This document shows, piece by piece, positions 1 to 9,246 of a DNA stretch of 64,000 nucleotides. Within the stretch, counting starts at the first letter, position 1. The number at the start of each line of letters is the position of its first letter. The stretch is taken from NCBI GenBank assembly GCA_050010115.1, contig JBEKLQ010000001.1:5091-69090 (forward strand), read 5' to 3'. The DNA is from Acidimicrobiales bacterium (GTDB taxonomy: Bacteria > Actinomycetota > Acidimicrobiia > Acidimicrobiales > Bog-793). The position numbers and the translations under genes were made by a program. The notes beneath the pieces were generated by a model, which saw only the letters and a program-made list of their open reading frames with translations, was not told the DNA's origin and did no database searches.

Positions 1-349
1 CGGGTCGCTGACGATCGTGGACCGCCACAAGGATCTGGTGATCGTGTCGGGTTTCAATGTGTTCCCGGCCGAAGTGGAGCACGTATTGGAGGAGTACCCG
101 GCCGTCGCAGAGGTCGTCGTGATCGGCGTGCCCGATCCGGCGCTCGGCGAGTCGGTCCGCGCCTACGTGGTTCCGACGACGGAGGCCTGGCCCGAGGACG
201 CCGTGGCGCCGGAGGGGGTCACAGAAGCCGAGCTGATCGACTACTGCGCCCGGTATCTGGCCAGCTACAAGTGCCCGGTCAACGTGGTGTTCATGCGCGA
301 GCTCCCTCGGGGGCTGCACGGAAAGGCGCTACGCCGCGCTCTCGCGTGA
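1..349 (+). CDS. Acyl-CoA synthetase / AMP-dependent ligase, C-terminal fragment (5' end outside window)
   Basis: The reading frame is open to the window edge. The translation DLVIVSGFNVFPAEVEHVLEEYPAVAEVVVIGVPDP...YKCPVNVVFMRELPRGLHGKALRRAL matches the C-terminal domain of AMP-binding enzymes. Confidence 0.75.
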   Translation, partial: GSLTIVDRHKDLVIVSGFNVFPAEVEHVLEEYPAVAEVVVIGVPDPALGESVRAYVVPTTEAWPEDAVAPEGVTEAELIDYCARYLASYKCPVNVVFMRELPRGLHGKALRRALA

Positions 350-376
350 CGGGAGCCGGGTCGGCTCTCCGCTTTT

Positions 377-1093
377 GTGACGTTCGCACCGCCGTCGTTA
401 CCATCCCTCCCCATGCCCGAGCGCTTCGCACGGCGGATACCCGCGCCGACAGTTGTCCGCCTCCCTCTCTACCAGCGCGTGCTGAACGAGCTCGCTCGGG
501 AGGCGGTGGCCACGGTGTCCTCGGCCGAGCTGGCCGAAGCCTGCGGCGTGAACGCCGCCAAGGTTCGCAAGGACCTGTCCCACTTCGGCAGCTACGGCAC
601 CCGTGGGACCGGGTACGACGTCGACTACCTGCTCGGCCAGATCCAGCGGGAGCTCGGCATCGACCGGGAGCGGGCGGTGGTGATCGCTGGGATGGGTCAT
701 CTGGGCCATGCTTTGGCGCGCTCGGCGGGTTTCGTGCAGAGCGGCTTCCGGATCGTCGGCCTGTTCGACGTCCAGCCGGACACGATCGGCGAGGTGGTGG
801 CCGGTTTGCGGGTGCGTCACGTGTCCGAGCTCCCGTCGGTCTGCCGTAGCGAGGACGCCGCCATCGGCGTGATCACGACTCCGGGAGGGGCGGCTCAGGA
901 CGTGTGTGATCGCATGGCTGAGGGCGGCGTGAGCGCCATCTTGAACTTCGCCCCCGTCGTCCTCACTGCCCCGGCGTCGGTGCAGGTACGCGATGTCGAC
1001 TTCTCCGCAGAGCTGCAGGTCCTGGCGTTCTACCAAGCGCACCCGGATGCAGCCACGGGCCGGCCGGAGGCGCCTGCGAGAGCTGGGCGGTGA
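377..1093 (+). CDS. rex: Redox-sensing transcriptional repressor Rex
   Basis: IPAPTVVRLPLYQRVL...VSSAELAEACGVNAAKVRKDLSHFGSYGTRGTGYDVDYL plus the Rossmann segment VVIAGMGHLGHALA. It sits directly upstream of hemA, as in the Streptomyces rex-hem arrangement. The start is ambiguous (GTG 377 or ATG 413). Confidence 0.88.
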   Translation: MTFAPPSLPSLPMPERFARRIPAPTVVRLPLYQRVLNELAREAVATVSSAELAEACGVNAAKVRKDLSHFGSYGTRGTGYDVDYLLGQIQRELGIDRERAVVIAGMGHLGHALARSAGFVQSGFRIVGLFDVQPDTIGEVVAGLRVRHVSELPSVCRSEDAAIGVITTPGGAAQDVCDRMAEGGVSAILNFAPVVLTAPASVQVRDVDFSAELQVLAFYQAHPDAATGRPEAPARAGR

Positions 1094-1202
1094 GCACGCG
1101 GGTACGCTCTGGGCTGGTTCGTGGTGCATGTCGCCTCGTGAGAGCGTCCCATGGGCGCCTGACACCGATCACCAGGTGTCCTGGATGGAGAGGTAGCCGC
1201 GT

Positions 1203-2570
1203 GTGGCGGTCGTAGTTGTCGGTATGCACGAACGGGATGCGCCGCTCGAGGTCTTCGAGCGCGTGGCCGTCGGCGAGCACGAGTTGGACAAGGCGCTTGC
1301 CGAGCTCGTCGCGAGCCCGAACCTGTCCGAGGTCGTGATCCTGTCGACGTGCCTCCGCACCGAGGTCTATGCTGCCGTGGACCGGTTCCACGATGGTGTG
1401 GCCGACATCGAGGCGTTCTTCTGGACGCGCCTCGGCAGCCAAGGTCGGCTCGACGCAGGCGAGCGATTCGGCCGGGTGGAGCGACCCGACCGGGGCGAGC
1501 GGCGCCCGGAGCCCGGCGGCGGTGTGATGGAGCTCGGCGGCGGGTTGTCGTGCCGTTACGACGATGCCGCGGTCGCCTACCTGTTCGAGGTCGCCTCAGG
1601 TATCGACTCGCCGGTACTGGGCGAGGGCGAGATCCTCCGCCAAGTGCGCGATGCAGCCGAATCAGCCCGTCTGGAAAGCGCAGCAGGCCCCATCCTCGTC
1701 CCGCTGTTCCGGCACGCGGTCGAGGCCGGCAAACGCGCTCGTACCGACACCGCCATCCAACGCGGCACTACCTCGCTGGCTCACGCGGCTGTGGAGCTGG
1801 CAGCCGAGCGGGCGCACGGTTTCGACCGGCGGCGGATCCTGGTGGTCGGCGCAGGTGAGATGGGCGCTGGGATCGCCCGCGCCCTCGCCGGCCGCGGTGA
1901 CCTCACCGGCGAGCTCACCGTGGCCAATCGGGGCGTGGACCGGGCGGCCGAGGTCGCCGACATGCTGGCGGCGCGTGCTGTGGGCCTGGCGGACGTGCCG
2001 GCAGAGTTGGCGCTGGCGGACGTGGTGCTGACTTCCACGGCCGCCGATGAGGTGCTCCTCGGTGTCGAGATGTTCGAGTCGGCGCTGGCGGCTCGGGCCG
2101 CCCGCGCCACTGCGGCACCCTCCCGACCGATGGTCGTGGTCGATCTCGCTGTGCCGAGGGACGTGGACCCCGCCGTCGGATCTCTGGACGGTGTCGTGCG
2201 GCTCGACGTCGAAGACGTGCGCCGCTTCGCCGAGGAGCAGATGGCGGGGCGCCAGGGTGAGATCCCGGCAGTTCGCGCCCTCGTGGCCGAGGAGCTGGAG
2301 CGCTACCGCTCGACAGCGTCGGGCCGCCTGGCAGCGCCGGTTGTCGCAGCGCTGCGAGAACGCGCAGAGCTGCAGCGTGCGGGTGAGTTGGAACGGTACC
2401 GAGTCCGCCTCGACGCGCTGTCAGCGGCTGACCGCGAGCTGGTCGAGCTGCTCACACGCCGCATCGTGGCCAAGTTGTTGCATGACCCGACGGTTCGCGT
2501 GAAGGAAGCTGCAGGTTCGGCCCGTGGTGAGCGCCTGGCGGAGGCGTTGCGGGCGTTGTTCGACCTGTAG
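1203..2570 (+). CDS. hemA: Glutamyl-tRNA reductase
   Basis: GTG start. The N-terminus AVVVVGMHERDAPLEVFERV, LSTCLRTEVYA, SPVLGEGEILRQVR and the NADPH segment ILVVGAGEMG are HemA signatures. Confidence 0.9.
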   Translation: MAVVVVGMHERDAPLEVFERVAVGEHELDKALAELVASPNLSEVVILSTCLRTEVYAAVDRFHDGVADIEAFFWTRLGSQGRLDAGERFGRVERPDRGERRPEPGGGVMELGGGLSCRYDDAAVAYLFEVASGIDSPVLGEGEILRQVRDAAESARLESAAGPILVPLFRHAVEAGKRARTDTAIQRGTTSLAHAAVELAAERAHGFDRRRILVVGAGEMGAGIARALAGRGDLTGELTVANRGVDRAAEVADMLAARAVGLADVPAELALADVVLTSTAADEVLLGVEMFESALAARAARATAAPSRPMVVVDLAVPRDVDPAVGSLDGVVRLDVEDVRRFAEEQMAGRQGEIPAVRALVAEELERYRSTASGRLAAPVVAALRERAELQRAGELERYRVRLDALSAADRELVELLTRRIVAKLLHDPTVRVKEAAGSARGERLAEALRALFDL

Positions 2571-2581
2571 GCGGATCCAGC

Positions 2582-3592
2582 GTGCCTGACCGACCGATCC
2601 GCCTCGCGACGCGAGGTAGCCAGCTGGCTCTGACACAAGTCGACCTCGTTGCCACAGCGCTGGCGGCGGGCGGTGGGATGGGCGCTGGCGCTGCCGGTGG
2701 TGGCGCTGGCGCTGCCGGTGGCGGCGCTGGCGGTGCTGCCGGTGGCGGTGTCGAGCGGGTCATCGTGCAAACGGGCGGTGATGCCCGCCGGGACGTGCCG
2801 ATCCACGCGATCGGCGGCCGCGGCGTGTTCGTCGCCGAGGTCGATCAGGCTGTCGCCGAGGGCCGGGCGGACGCTTCGGTGCACTCTGCCAAGGACCTTC
2901 CGTCGGGCGCCGGCGACGGGTCCGCCTACGGAGCGGATCGACTCGTGGTCGCCGCCTACCTCCCGAGGGCGGACCCCCGGGACGCGTTGGTCGGCGCTCG
3001 CCTCGACGATCTCGCTGCCGGTGCTCGCGTGGCGAGCGGGTCCGTGCGCCGCCGGGCGCAGCTGGCGTGGTTGAGGCCGGATCTCCGTTTTGAGGAGTTG
3101 CGGGGCAACATCGGTACCCGCCTCCGCAAGATCCCACCGGGTGGCGCCATAGTGGTCGCCATGGCGGCGCTCGCCCGCCTCGGCCTGGAGGATCGGGCAA
3201 CTCACGTCTTCTCGGCCACCGAGATGCTCCCTCAGGTCGGTCAGGGTGCCATCGCCGTCTGCTGCCGTGCGGACGACACCGCTCTACTGTCTCGTCTCGC
3301 AGCGATGGACGATGCCGCCACCAGGGCTGAGGTCGAGTGTGAGCGGGCGTGGTTGGCTTGCGTCGGCGGGGGCTGCGACTCGCCGGTCGGCGCGTTCGCA
3401 CGAGCCGGCTCCGGTGGCGAGCTCCACCTCGAGGCGATGATCGCGTCGCTCGACGGCCACGTGCTGGTCCGCCGGGCCCAGACGGGATCAGAGCCCGAGG
3501 CGCTCGGCCGGGCGCTCGCGGCCGAGATGCTCGACCGGTGTGGCGGGCGGGCGCTTCTCGAGCCGCACCACCTCAAGGGAGCCGCATCGTGA
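2582..3592 (+). CDS. hemC: Porphobilinogen deaminase (hydroxymethylbilane synthase) with a Gly/Ala repeat insertion
   Basis: IRLATRGSQLALTQ, HSAKDLP, RGNIGTRLRK and a C-terminal CDSPVGAF. It lies between hemA and cobA/hemD. Confidence 0.9.
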   Translation: MPDRPIRLATRGSQLALTQVDLVATALAAGGGMGAGAAGGGAGAAGGGAGGAAGGGVERVIVQTGGDARRDVPIHAIGGRGVFVAEVDQAVAEGRADASVHSAKDLPSGAGDGSAYGADRLVVAAYLPRADPRDALVGARLDDLAAGARVASGSVRRRAQLAWLRPDLRFEELRGNIGTRLRKIPPGGAIVVAMAALARLGLEDRATHVFSATEMLPQVGQGAIAVCCRADDTALLSRLAAMDDAATRAEVECERAWLACVGGGCDSPVGAFARAGSGGELHLEAMIASLDGHVLVRRAQTGSEPEALGRALAAEMLDRCGGRALLEPHHLKGAAS

Positions 3593-5112
3593 CCGTCTAC
3601 CTGGTGGGCGCAGGACCCGGAGATGCCGGCTTGCTGACGCTGCGGGGGGCGGAGTTGCTCAGGCGGGCGGACGCCGTGGTCTACGACCGCCTCGTCCATC
3701 CAAGCCTGCTTCACCTTGTGCCGCCTGGTGCCGAGCTGCATGATGCCGGCAAGCGACCCGGAGGGCGGGTGAGCCAGGACGCCATCAACGATCTCCTCGT
3801 CGACCTGGGCCGGCGCTGCTCGGTGGTGGTGCGCCTCAAGGGTGGGGACCCCCTGATCTTCGGCCGCGGGGGAGAGGAGACGCTCGCCCTGCAAGCCGCC
3901 AACCTTCCCTTCGAGATTGTTCCCGGCGTCTCGGCGATGAACGGGGTCTTGGCGTACGCCGGCATCCCGCTCACGCATCGAGGCCTCTCGACGGGTTTCA
4001 CGGTCGTGACCGGTCATGGCGCAGACGGCACTGCCTCCGGTGGTCCGGTACCGGTCGACTGGGACGCGCTGGCCCGAGTCGGCGGCACGATCGTCATCCT
4101 GATGGGGGTCGAGCACCGGGCGGAGATCTCGCGGCGCCTGATCGCCGGCGGCAAGCCATCGTCCATGCCCGTCGCCGTCATCGAGCATGGCACGCTCCCA
4201 AACCAGCGCACACTGCGGACGACGCTCGGTGCACTCGGTGCGACCGATGCGCAGGCGCCGGCGACCGTGGTCGTCGGCGAGGTCGCCGCGCTCGACCTCG
4301 CCTGGTTCACGTCACGCCCGCTGTTCGGTTGGACGGTGGCGATCACCCGCACGCGTGACCAGGCGTCGCAGCTCGCGGTGGCGCTGGCGGAGCGGGGAGC
4401 CGTGCCCGTGGAGGTACCCACTATCGCGGTCGTCGATCCCGCCGATGGTGGAGTGGCGCTGCGCTCGGCCGCCGGCCGGCTGGGCTCGTACTCCTGGGTG
4501 GTGTTCACGTCGATCAACGCAGTGGGTCGCCTGCTGGCCGAGGTTCACGATGCCCGGGCGTTCGGGGACGCCAAAGTGGCGGCCATCGGGGACGGGACGG
4601 CCCGGGCGCTGGCCGAGCGAGGGATCGTCGCTGACCTCGTGCCCGGCCAGTTCGTAGCCGAGGCGCTCGCCGATGCGTTCCCTGCCCCCGTGCCGGTATC
4701 GCCCGGCGGTCAGCGGGAGCGGGTCCTCCTGCCACGCGCGGCGGTCGCCCGCGACGTGCTGCCGCGGGCGCTTGCAGCCAAGGGCTACGAGATCGACATC
4801 GTGGAGGCGTACCGGACCGTCCGGCCCACAGCGACTCCAGCGATGATCGAGTCGGTGAGCTCGGCCGACGCCGTGATGTTCTCGTCGTCGTCCACGGTCA
4901 CGGGCTGGATCGAGCTGCTCGGGACCGAGCGGCTGCCTCCCGTCGTCGCGTGCATCGGCCCGATCACGGCGGCCACGGCTCGGGAGGCCGGCATCGAGGT
5001 CACGGTGGAGGCGAGCGAGCACTCCATCGGAGGGCTCGTGGACGCCCTTGTCACCTATGCGGCCACCGTCGGCCGGCCATCTGAGGCCACGCCGACTGAC
5101 CGATCTCACTGA
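3589..5112 (+). CDS. cobA/hemD: Bifunctional uroporphyrinogen-III C-methyltransferase / uroporphyrinogen-III synthase
   Basis: The GTG at 3589 overlaps the hemC stop (GTGA). The N-terminal half has VYLVGAGPGDAGLLTLRGAELLRRADAVVYDRL and LKGGDPLIFGRGGEE (SUMT). The C-terminal half is HemD-like (GWTVAITRTRDQASQL...). The part of the tracked ORF upstream of 3589 overlaps hemC and is Arg-rich noise. Confidence 0.85.
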   Translation: MTVYLVGAGPGDAGLLTLRGAELLRRADAVVYDRLVHPSLLHLVPPGAELHDAGKRPGGRVSQDAINDLLVDLGRRCSVVVRLKGGDPLIFGRGGEETLALQAANLPFEIVPGVSAMNGVLAYAGIPLTHRGLSTGFTVVTGHGADGTASGGPVPVDWDALARVGGTIVILMGVEHRAEISRRLIAGGKPSSMPVAVIEHGTLPNQRTLRTTLGALGATDAQAPATVVVGEVAALDLAWFTSRPLFGWTVAITRTRDQASQLAVALAERGAVPVEVPTIAVVDPADGGVALRSAAGRLGSYSWVVFTSINAVGRLLAEVHDARAFGDAKVAAIGDGTARALAERGIVADLVPGQFVAEALADAFPAPVPVSPGGQRERVLLPRAAVARDVLPRALAAKGYEIDIVEAYRTVRPTATPAMIESVSSADAVMFSSSSTVTGWIELLGTERLPPVVACIGPITAATAREAGIEVTVEASEHSIGGLVDALVTYAATVGRPSEATPTDRSH

Positions 5113-5173
5113 ACGCATCGGCCGAGCCGCTGGTCGCGGCGCCAGCAGCCATCGGTCGACCTAGTCTCGGCGC

Positions 5174-6187
5174 ATGCCATCTCCCAACGACGCGTTCTCG
5201 GGCAGCGGCTTTCCCACCCGGCGGATGCGGCGGCTACGCCGCAGCGGAGCGCTCCGCCGTCTCACCGCAGAAACCCACGTCTCCCCCGACGACCTCGTCG
5301 CCCCCCTCTTCGTCCGCCAAGGCATCGACGAACCGCAGCCGATCGCCTCGTTGCCCGGTGTCGTGCAGCACACGGTGGAGTCCGTCGTCATCGAGGCCAA
5401 GCGCCTCGCCTCGCTCCAGATCCCGGCGCTCATCTTGTTCGGCGTCCCGCTCGTCCGCGACGCCGTAGGGTCAGCCGCCTCCGATCCCGATGGCGTCGTC
5501 CAGCGGGCGCTGTCGAGTATCCGCGACGCCGTCGGCGACGAGCTTGTCGTGATGGCGGACCTGTGCCTCGACGAGTACACCGACCACGGTCACTGCGGGA
5601 TCGTCCGTGACGATGGCACCGTCGACAACGACGCCACGTTGGAGCGATACGGGGAGGTGGCGGTCGCGCAGGCGCGAGCCGGCGCTGGGGTCGTGGCGCC
5701 GAGCGGGATGATGGACGGCCAGGTGGCGGCGATCCGCCGGTCGCTCGATTCCACCGGCTTCGAGGAGACAGCCATCCTCGCCTACTCGGCGAAGTACGCG
5801 TCGGCGTTGTACGGGCCGTTTCGTGACGCGGTGGACGTGACGATCGTCGGCGGCGGTGACCGGCGCGCGTACCAGCAGGACTCCCGCAACGCTCGGGAGG
5901 CTCTCGCCGAAGTGCGTCTCGACATCGCCGAAGGCGCCGACATGGTGATGGTGAAGCCAGCGCTGGCGTACCTCGACATCATCTCGTCGGTGCGAGCTGC
6001 CGTCGACGTCCCGGTCGGGGCGTATCACGTGAGCGGTGAGTACGCCATGGTGAAGGCGGCCGCGGAGCGCGGTTGGATCGACGGCGACGCCGTGGCGCTC
6101 GAGCACCTCGGGGCGATCAAACGGGCGGGCGCGTCCTTCATCCTGACGTACTTCGCCGCCGCCGCTGCCGAGGCGCTCGGTGCCTGA
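5174..6187 (+). CDS. hemB: Porphobilinogen synthase (delta-aminolevulinate dehydratase)
   Basis: FPTRRMRRLRRSGALRRL, PLFV, APSGMMDGQVAAIR, MVKPALAYLDII, YHVSGEYAM. Confidence 0.92.
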   Translation: MPSPNDAFSGSGFPTRRMRRLRRSGALRRLTAETHVSPDDLVAPLFVRQGIDEPQPIASLPGVVQHTVESVVIEAKRLASLQIPALILFGVPLVRDAVGSAASDPDGVVQRALSSIRDAVGDELVVMADLCLDEYTDHGHCGIVRDDGTVDNDATLERYGEVAVAQARAGAGVVAPSGMMDGQVAAIRRSLDSTGFEETAILAYSAKYASALYGPFRDAVDVTIVGGGDRRAYQQDSRNAREALAEVRLDIAEGADMVMVKPALAYLDIISSVRAAVDVPVGAYHVSGEYAMVKAAAERGWIDGDAVALEHLGAIKRAGASFILTYFAAAAAEALGA

Positions 6188-7481
6188 GGAGGGCGGTCCT
6201 GCCGGCCCCGGGCGCACCAGCGCGGAGCTGTTCGAGCGTGCCAGCCGGGTGATCCCCGGTGGCGTGAACTCGCCGGTCCGGGCGTTCGGGTCGGTCGGAG
6301 GGACGCCCTACTTCGTGGACCACGCAAAGGGAGCGTTCGTCACCGATGCTGACGGCAACACCTACCTGGACTACGTGCAGTCGTGGGGGGCATCTCTGCT
6401 CGGTCACGCCGATCCCGGCGTGACCGAGGCGATCGCCCATGCTGCCGAGCGCGGGACGTCCTACGGTGCCCCGACCGAGGGCGAGGTCCGGCTGGCAGAG
6501 GCGCTCACGGCAGCCGTCGACGGTATGGACCTGGTGCGCCTCGTGTCGTCTGGGACCGAGGCGACGATGACGGCGGTCCGCCTTGCCCGGGGAGCGACCG
6601 GCCGCGACACGATCCTCAAGTTCGCCGGCTGCTACCACGGTCATTCCGACGGGTTGCTCGCAGCTGGAGGCAGTGGCGTGGCGACTCTCGGCCTTGCCGG
6701 ATCGGCCGGCGTGCCGGCTGGCGCGATCGCCGGCACGATCGTCGCTCCGTACAACGTCGTACCCGAGCTCGACGAGTCGGTGGCCTGCGTCATCGTCGAA
6801 CCCGTGGCAGCGAACATGGGCCTCGTGGAGCCCGCCCACGGCTTCCTGGAAAGCTTGCGGGCGGCCTGTGACGATGTCGGGTCGCTGCTGATCTTCGACG
6901 AGGTGATCACGGGCTTCCGCCTCCGCAATGGCAGCATCGCCGACATCGTCGGAGTGCGCCCGGACCTGTGGACCTTCGGCAAGGTGATCGGCGGGGGCTT
7001 GCCGCTCGCTGCCCTTGGTGGTCGTCGCGAGCTCATGGAGCAACTCGCCCCTCTCGGACCCGTGTACCAAGCGGGCACGCTGTCCGGTAACCCGCTGGCG
7101 ACGGCAGCCGGGCTCGCCGTGCTGGAGCGTCTCTCACCGGAACGCTTCGACGACCTCGCCGACCGGGTCGGTCGCCTCGCGGCCGGGTTGTGCGGGGCGA
7201 TCTCGTCAGCCGGGTTGCCAGTTCAAGTGCCGGTGTACCGGACGCTGTTCGCCATCTTCTTCACCGACGACCCCGTGCGGGACTACGACGGAGCGGAAGC
7301 CGCTGCCACCGCCGGGCTGTACGCGCCGTTCTTCCACGCCATGCTCGCCCGCGGGGTGGCGCTGGCGCCGAGTGGGTACGAGGTGGGTTTCTGTTCGATG
7401 GCGCACAGCGATGCCGACATCGAGCGCACCGTGGAAGCCGCCGGCGAAGCGGCTCGTGAGGTGGTGGCGGGTCGTTCCTGA
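6180..7481 (+). CDS. hemL: Glutamate-1-semialdehyde 2,1-aminomutase
   Basis: SAELFERASRVIPGGVNSPVRAF, SGTEATMTAVRLARG, LIFDEVITGFR, FGKVIGGGLP. The GTG start overlaps the hemB end by 8 nt. Confidence 0.92.
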   Translation: MPEEGGPAGPGRTSAELFERASRVIPGGVNSPVRAFGSVGGTPYFVDHAKGAFVTDADGNTYLDYVQSWGASLLGHADPGVTEAIAHAAERGTSYGAPTEGEVRLAEALTAAVDGMDLVRLVSSGTEATMTAVRLARGATGRDTILKFAGCYHGHSDGLLAAGGSGVATLGLAGSAGVPAGAIAGTIVAPYNVVPELDESVACVIVEPVAANMGLVEPAHGFLESLRAACDDVGSLLIFDEVITGFRLRNGSIADIVGVRPDLWTFGKVIGGGLPLAALGGRRELMEQLAPLGPVYQAGTLSGNPLATAAGLAVLERLSPERFDDLADRVGRLAAGLCGAISSAGLPVQVPVYRTLFAIFFTDDPVRDYDGAEAAATAGLYAPFFHAMLARGVALAPSGYEVGFCSMAHSDADIERTVEAAGEAAREVVAGRS

Positions 7482-7492
7482 CGCCCGTTGCC

Positions 7493-7741
7493 GCGTCGGT
7501 GTCACGCTCAGTTTGCACAGTGCAGAGTTTCGGTGACAGCGGCCAGCCAAATCCCGGCAGGGCCCGCGTCGGTGTCACGCTCAGTTTGCACAGTGCAGAG
7601 TTGCGGTGACAGCGGCCGGCCAAATGCCGGCAGGGCCCGCGTCGGTGTCACGCTCAGTTCGCACAGTGCAGAGTTTCGGTGACAGCGGCCGGCCAAATGC
7701 CGGCAGGGCCCGCGTCGGTGTCACGCTCAGTTCGCACAGTG
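7493..7741. repeat. Tandem array of a 73-bp structured repeat (3 full copies plus about 30 bp of a fourth)
   Basis: Unit starts fall at 7493, 7566, 7639 and 7712, so the period is exactly 73. The unit is GCGTCGGTGTCACGCTCAGTTTGCACAGTGCAGAGTTTCGGTGACAGCGGCC(A/G)GCCAAAT(C/G)CCGGCAGGGCCC, with only a few substitutions between copies. The array lies in the convergent gap between hemL and the histidine kinase gene. Confidence 0.95.
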
Positions 7742-7811
7742 AGCCGGATGCCGACCGCTGTGGCATGTGCACCCCCTTTGTCGAGAGACGTCGCCGCCGT
7801 TTACCGGCAAA

Positions 7812-9209
7812 TCAAGTGGGGCGAGGAGCCTGGCCGTCCCAGCTCGGTAGGGACACCACCATACGGGTGCCGCCGGCTGGCCCCGTGGGCGACACGGCCT
7901 GCACGGTCCCACCCATCGCCCGCACCAGCTCGGCCACGATCGCCAGTCCGAGTCCCGAACCTCGGGCCGCAGCACCGTCGGCCTGGTAGAAACGCTCGAA
8001 GACCCTCGACAGGTCCCCCGGCGCGATGCCGGCGCCGTCGTCCTCCACCAGAATCGTGGCTCCGGGCCGGTTGCTCCATGCCGGGATCGGCCCCGCCAGC
8101 ACGCTCACGGTCACGGCCGTCGAGGCGAACACGAGAGCGTTCTCAACGAGGTTGGCGATCACCTGGCCGAGCCGGTCGGGGTCGGCGGCAGCGACGACCG
8201 AAGGACCGTGCTCCGACACGGCGGCGCTCAACGTGACGCCACGTGAGGAAGCCCTCGGCAAGAAACCCTCCACCGTTCTCCCCACCACATCCCCCACGTC
8301 AGTCGGCCCGATGCGAAGCGACAGCTGGGACAGCTCGAGCCGGGCGAGATCGAGCAGATCCGCCACGAGCCGCTCCAGGCGCCGCGACTCCGACACGATG
8401 ACGCCGGCTGCCTTCGCCGTGTCCGGGGCGACTCCCTCTTCGATGGCCTCGGCGTACCCGCGGATCGAGGTGAGCGGGGTTCGCAGATCGTGCGAGACGG
8501 ACAGCAACATCTGCCGCTCGTGGTCACGGGTGCTCTCGAGACGCGCCGCCATCGTGTTGATCGACTCCGCCAGAGAGACGAGCTCGGGGATGTCGCCGCT
8601 GCTGGTGGTAACCCGCGCACTCAGCTCGCCGCCCGCGACCCGGCTGGTCACGACCGTCGCATCGACGAGCGGTCTCGTGATCCGCTGGCTGAGCCAGAGG
8701 GCGATACCGGCGGCGCCGAGGAGCGTGAGGCCGGCCACGAGGACGAAGTAGAGCCAACTCGGTCCGAGGCTCCCGACGGTACGCGTGAGCAGCACAGCGG
8801 TGTGGCTGCCGGTTGGCAGCACGGGAACGAGCAGCGAGCTGACCGACGTCGGTACGGCGGCGAAGGCCGTGCTCCCTTGCCAGCCGGAGATGGGCTGTCC
8901 AGCGGCGAGCTGGCTGCCGTTGAGCGCGTTCGGCGACAACCCGGCCGGGAGCGGTGTCGTGACGACTCCGCCGCCCGAGACGAAGATGATCTCGCCGCCT
9001 TCGAGCTTGAGTACCCGGTTCACGACCTCGACCACTCGCGCCGTCCGCACTTCGTTGGCGGCTTGGGCGAACACCGTCGCCTGCTGCAGGAGCTGTCGCG
9101 AGGCGTCGGTGCGAGCCGTTCGGCGCGTGACGATGAGCGTGCCGAAGCCGGCTACGACGAGCGCCCCGGCGACGAGGCCGACCAGCACGAGCACGAGGCG
9201 TTTCCTCAT
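7812..9209 (-). CDS. Sensor histidine kinase (two TM segments, HAMP, HisKA, HATPase_c)
   Basis: H-box SVSHDLRTPLTSIRGYAEAI. ATPase boxes NLVENALVFAS, VEDDGAGI and GSGLGLAIV. There is an N-terminal TM segment and a second TM around LYFVLVAGLTLLGAAGIALWL. Confidence 0.88.
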   Translation of the reverse strand: MRKRLVLVLVGLVAGALVVAGFGTLIVTRRTARTDASRQLLQQATVFAQAANEVRTARVVEVVNRVLKLEGGEIIFVSGGGVVTTPLPAGLSPNALNGSQLAAGQPISGWQGSTAFAAVPTSVSSLLVPVLPTGSHTAVLLTRTVGSLGPSWLYFVLVAGLTLLGAAGIALWLSQRITRPLVDATVVTSRVAGGELSARVTTSSGDIPELVSLAESINTMAARLESTRDHERQMLLSVSHDLRTPLTSIRGYAEAIEEGVAPDTAKAAGVIVSESRRLERLVADLLDLARLELSQLSLRIGPTDVGDVVGRTVEGFLPRASSRGVTLSAAVSEHGPSVVAAADPDRLGQVIANLVENALVFASTAVTVSVLAGPIPAWSNRPGATILVEDDGAGIAPGDLSRVFERFYQADGAAARGSGLGLAIVAELVRAMGGTVQAVSPTGPAGGTRMVVSLPSWDGQAPRPT

Positions 9210-9246
9210 GGCGGTGTCACTTCCTCAGCTCAGCCGGGGCGTCCGC

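Noticed and set aside
375-389. A possible Rex operator, TTGTGACGTTCGCAC, at the rex start region.
   Set aside because: Only the left half resembles the TTGTGAA-N4-TTCACAA consensus I remember. The right half and the spacing do not fit, and the site overlaps one candidate start codon. I also found no convincing Rex site upstream of nuoA or the repeat-protein gene. It is worth a PWM scan, but it is not supportable by eye.
3349-3588. 5' extensions of tracked ORFs upstream of my chosen starts: cobA/hemD 3349-3588, nuoB 19044-19124, nuoC 19406-19690, nuoE 20973-21467, nuoF 21866-22174, rplJ 51454-51594, rpoC 56753-56878 and the MprF-like gene 37679-37861.
   Set aside because: The extended parts overlap the preceding conserved gene, or acs in the last case. 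They translate to Arg/Pro-rich sequence unlike the protein family. Canonical N-termini begin at internal ATG/GTG/TTG codons that are coupled to the upstream stop or preceded by an RBS.
7493-7741. The possibility that the 73-bp array is a CRISPR locus.
   Set aside because: The entire 73-bp period is repeated, so there are no unique spacers. There are only about 3.4 units and no cas genes anywhere in the window.
7488-7772. A series of 62-120-aa ORFs on both strands (MAGRCHRNSALCKLSVTPTR..., MPRRCHAQFAQCRVSVTAAS...) covering the 73-bp repeats.
   Set aside because: Their similarity to each other only reflects the DNA repeat. They overlap one another in several frames, lack RBSs, and have no recognisable motifs. 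I treat them as non-coding repeat sequence.
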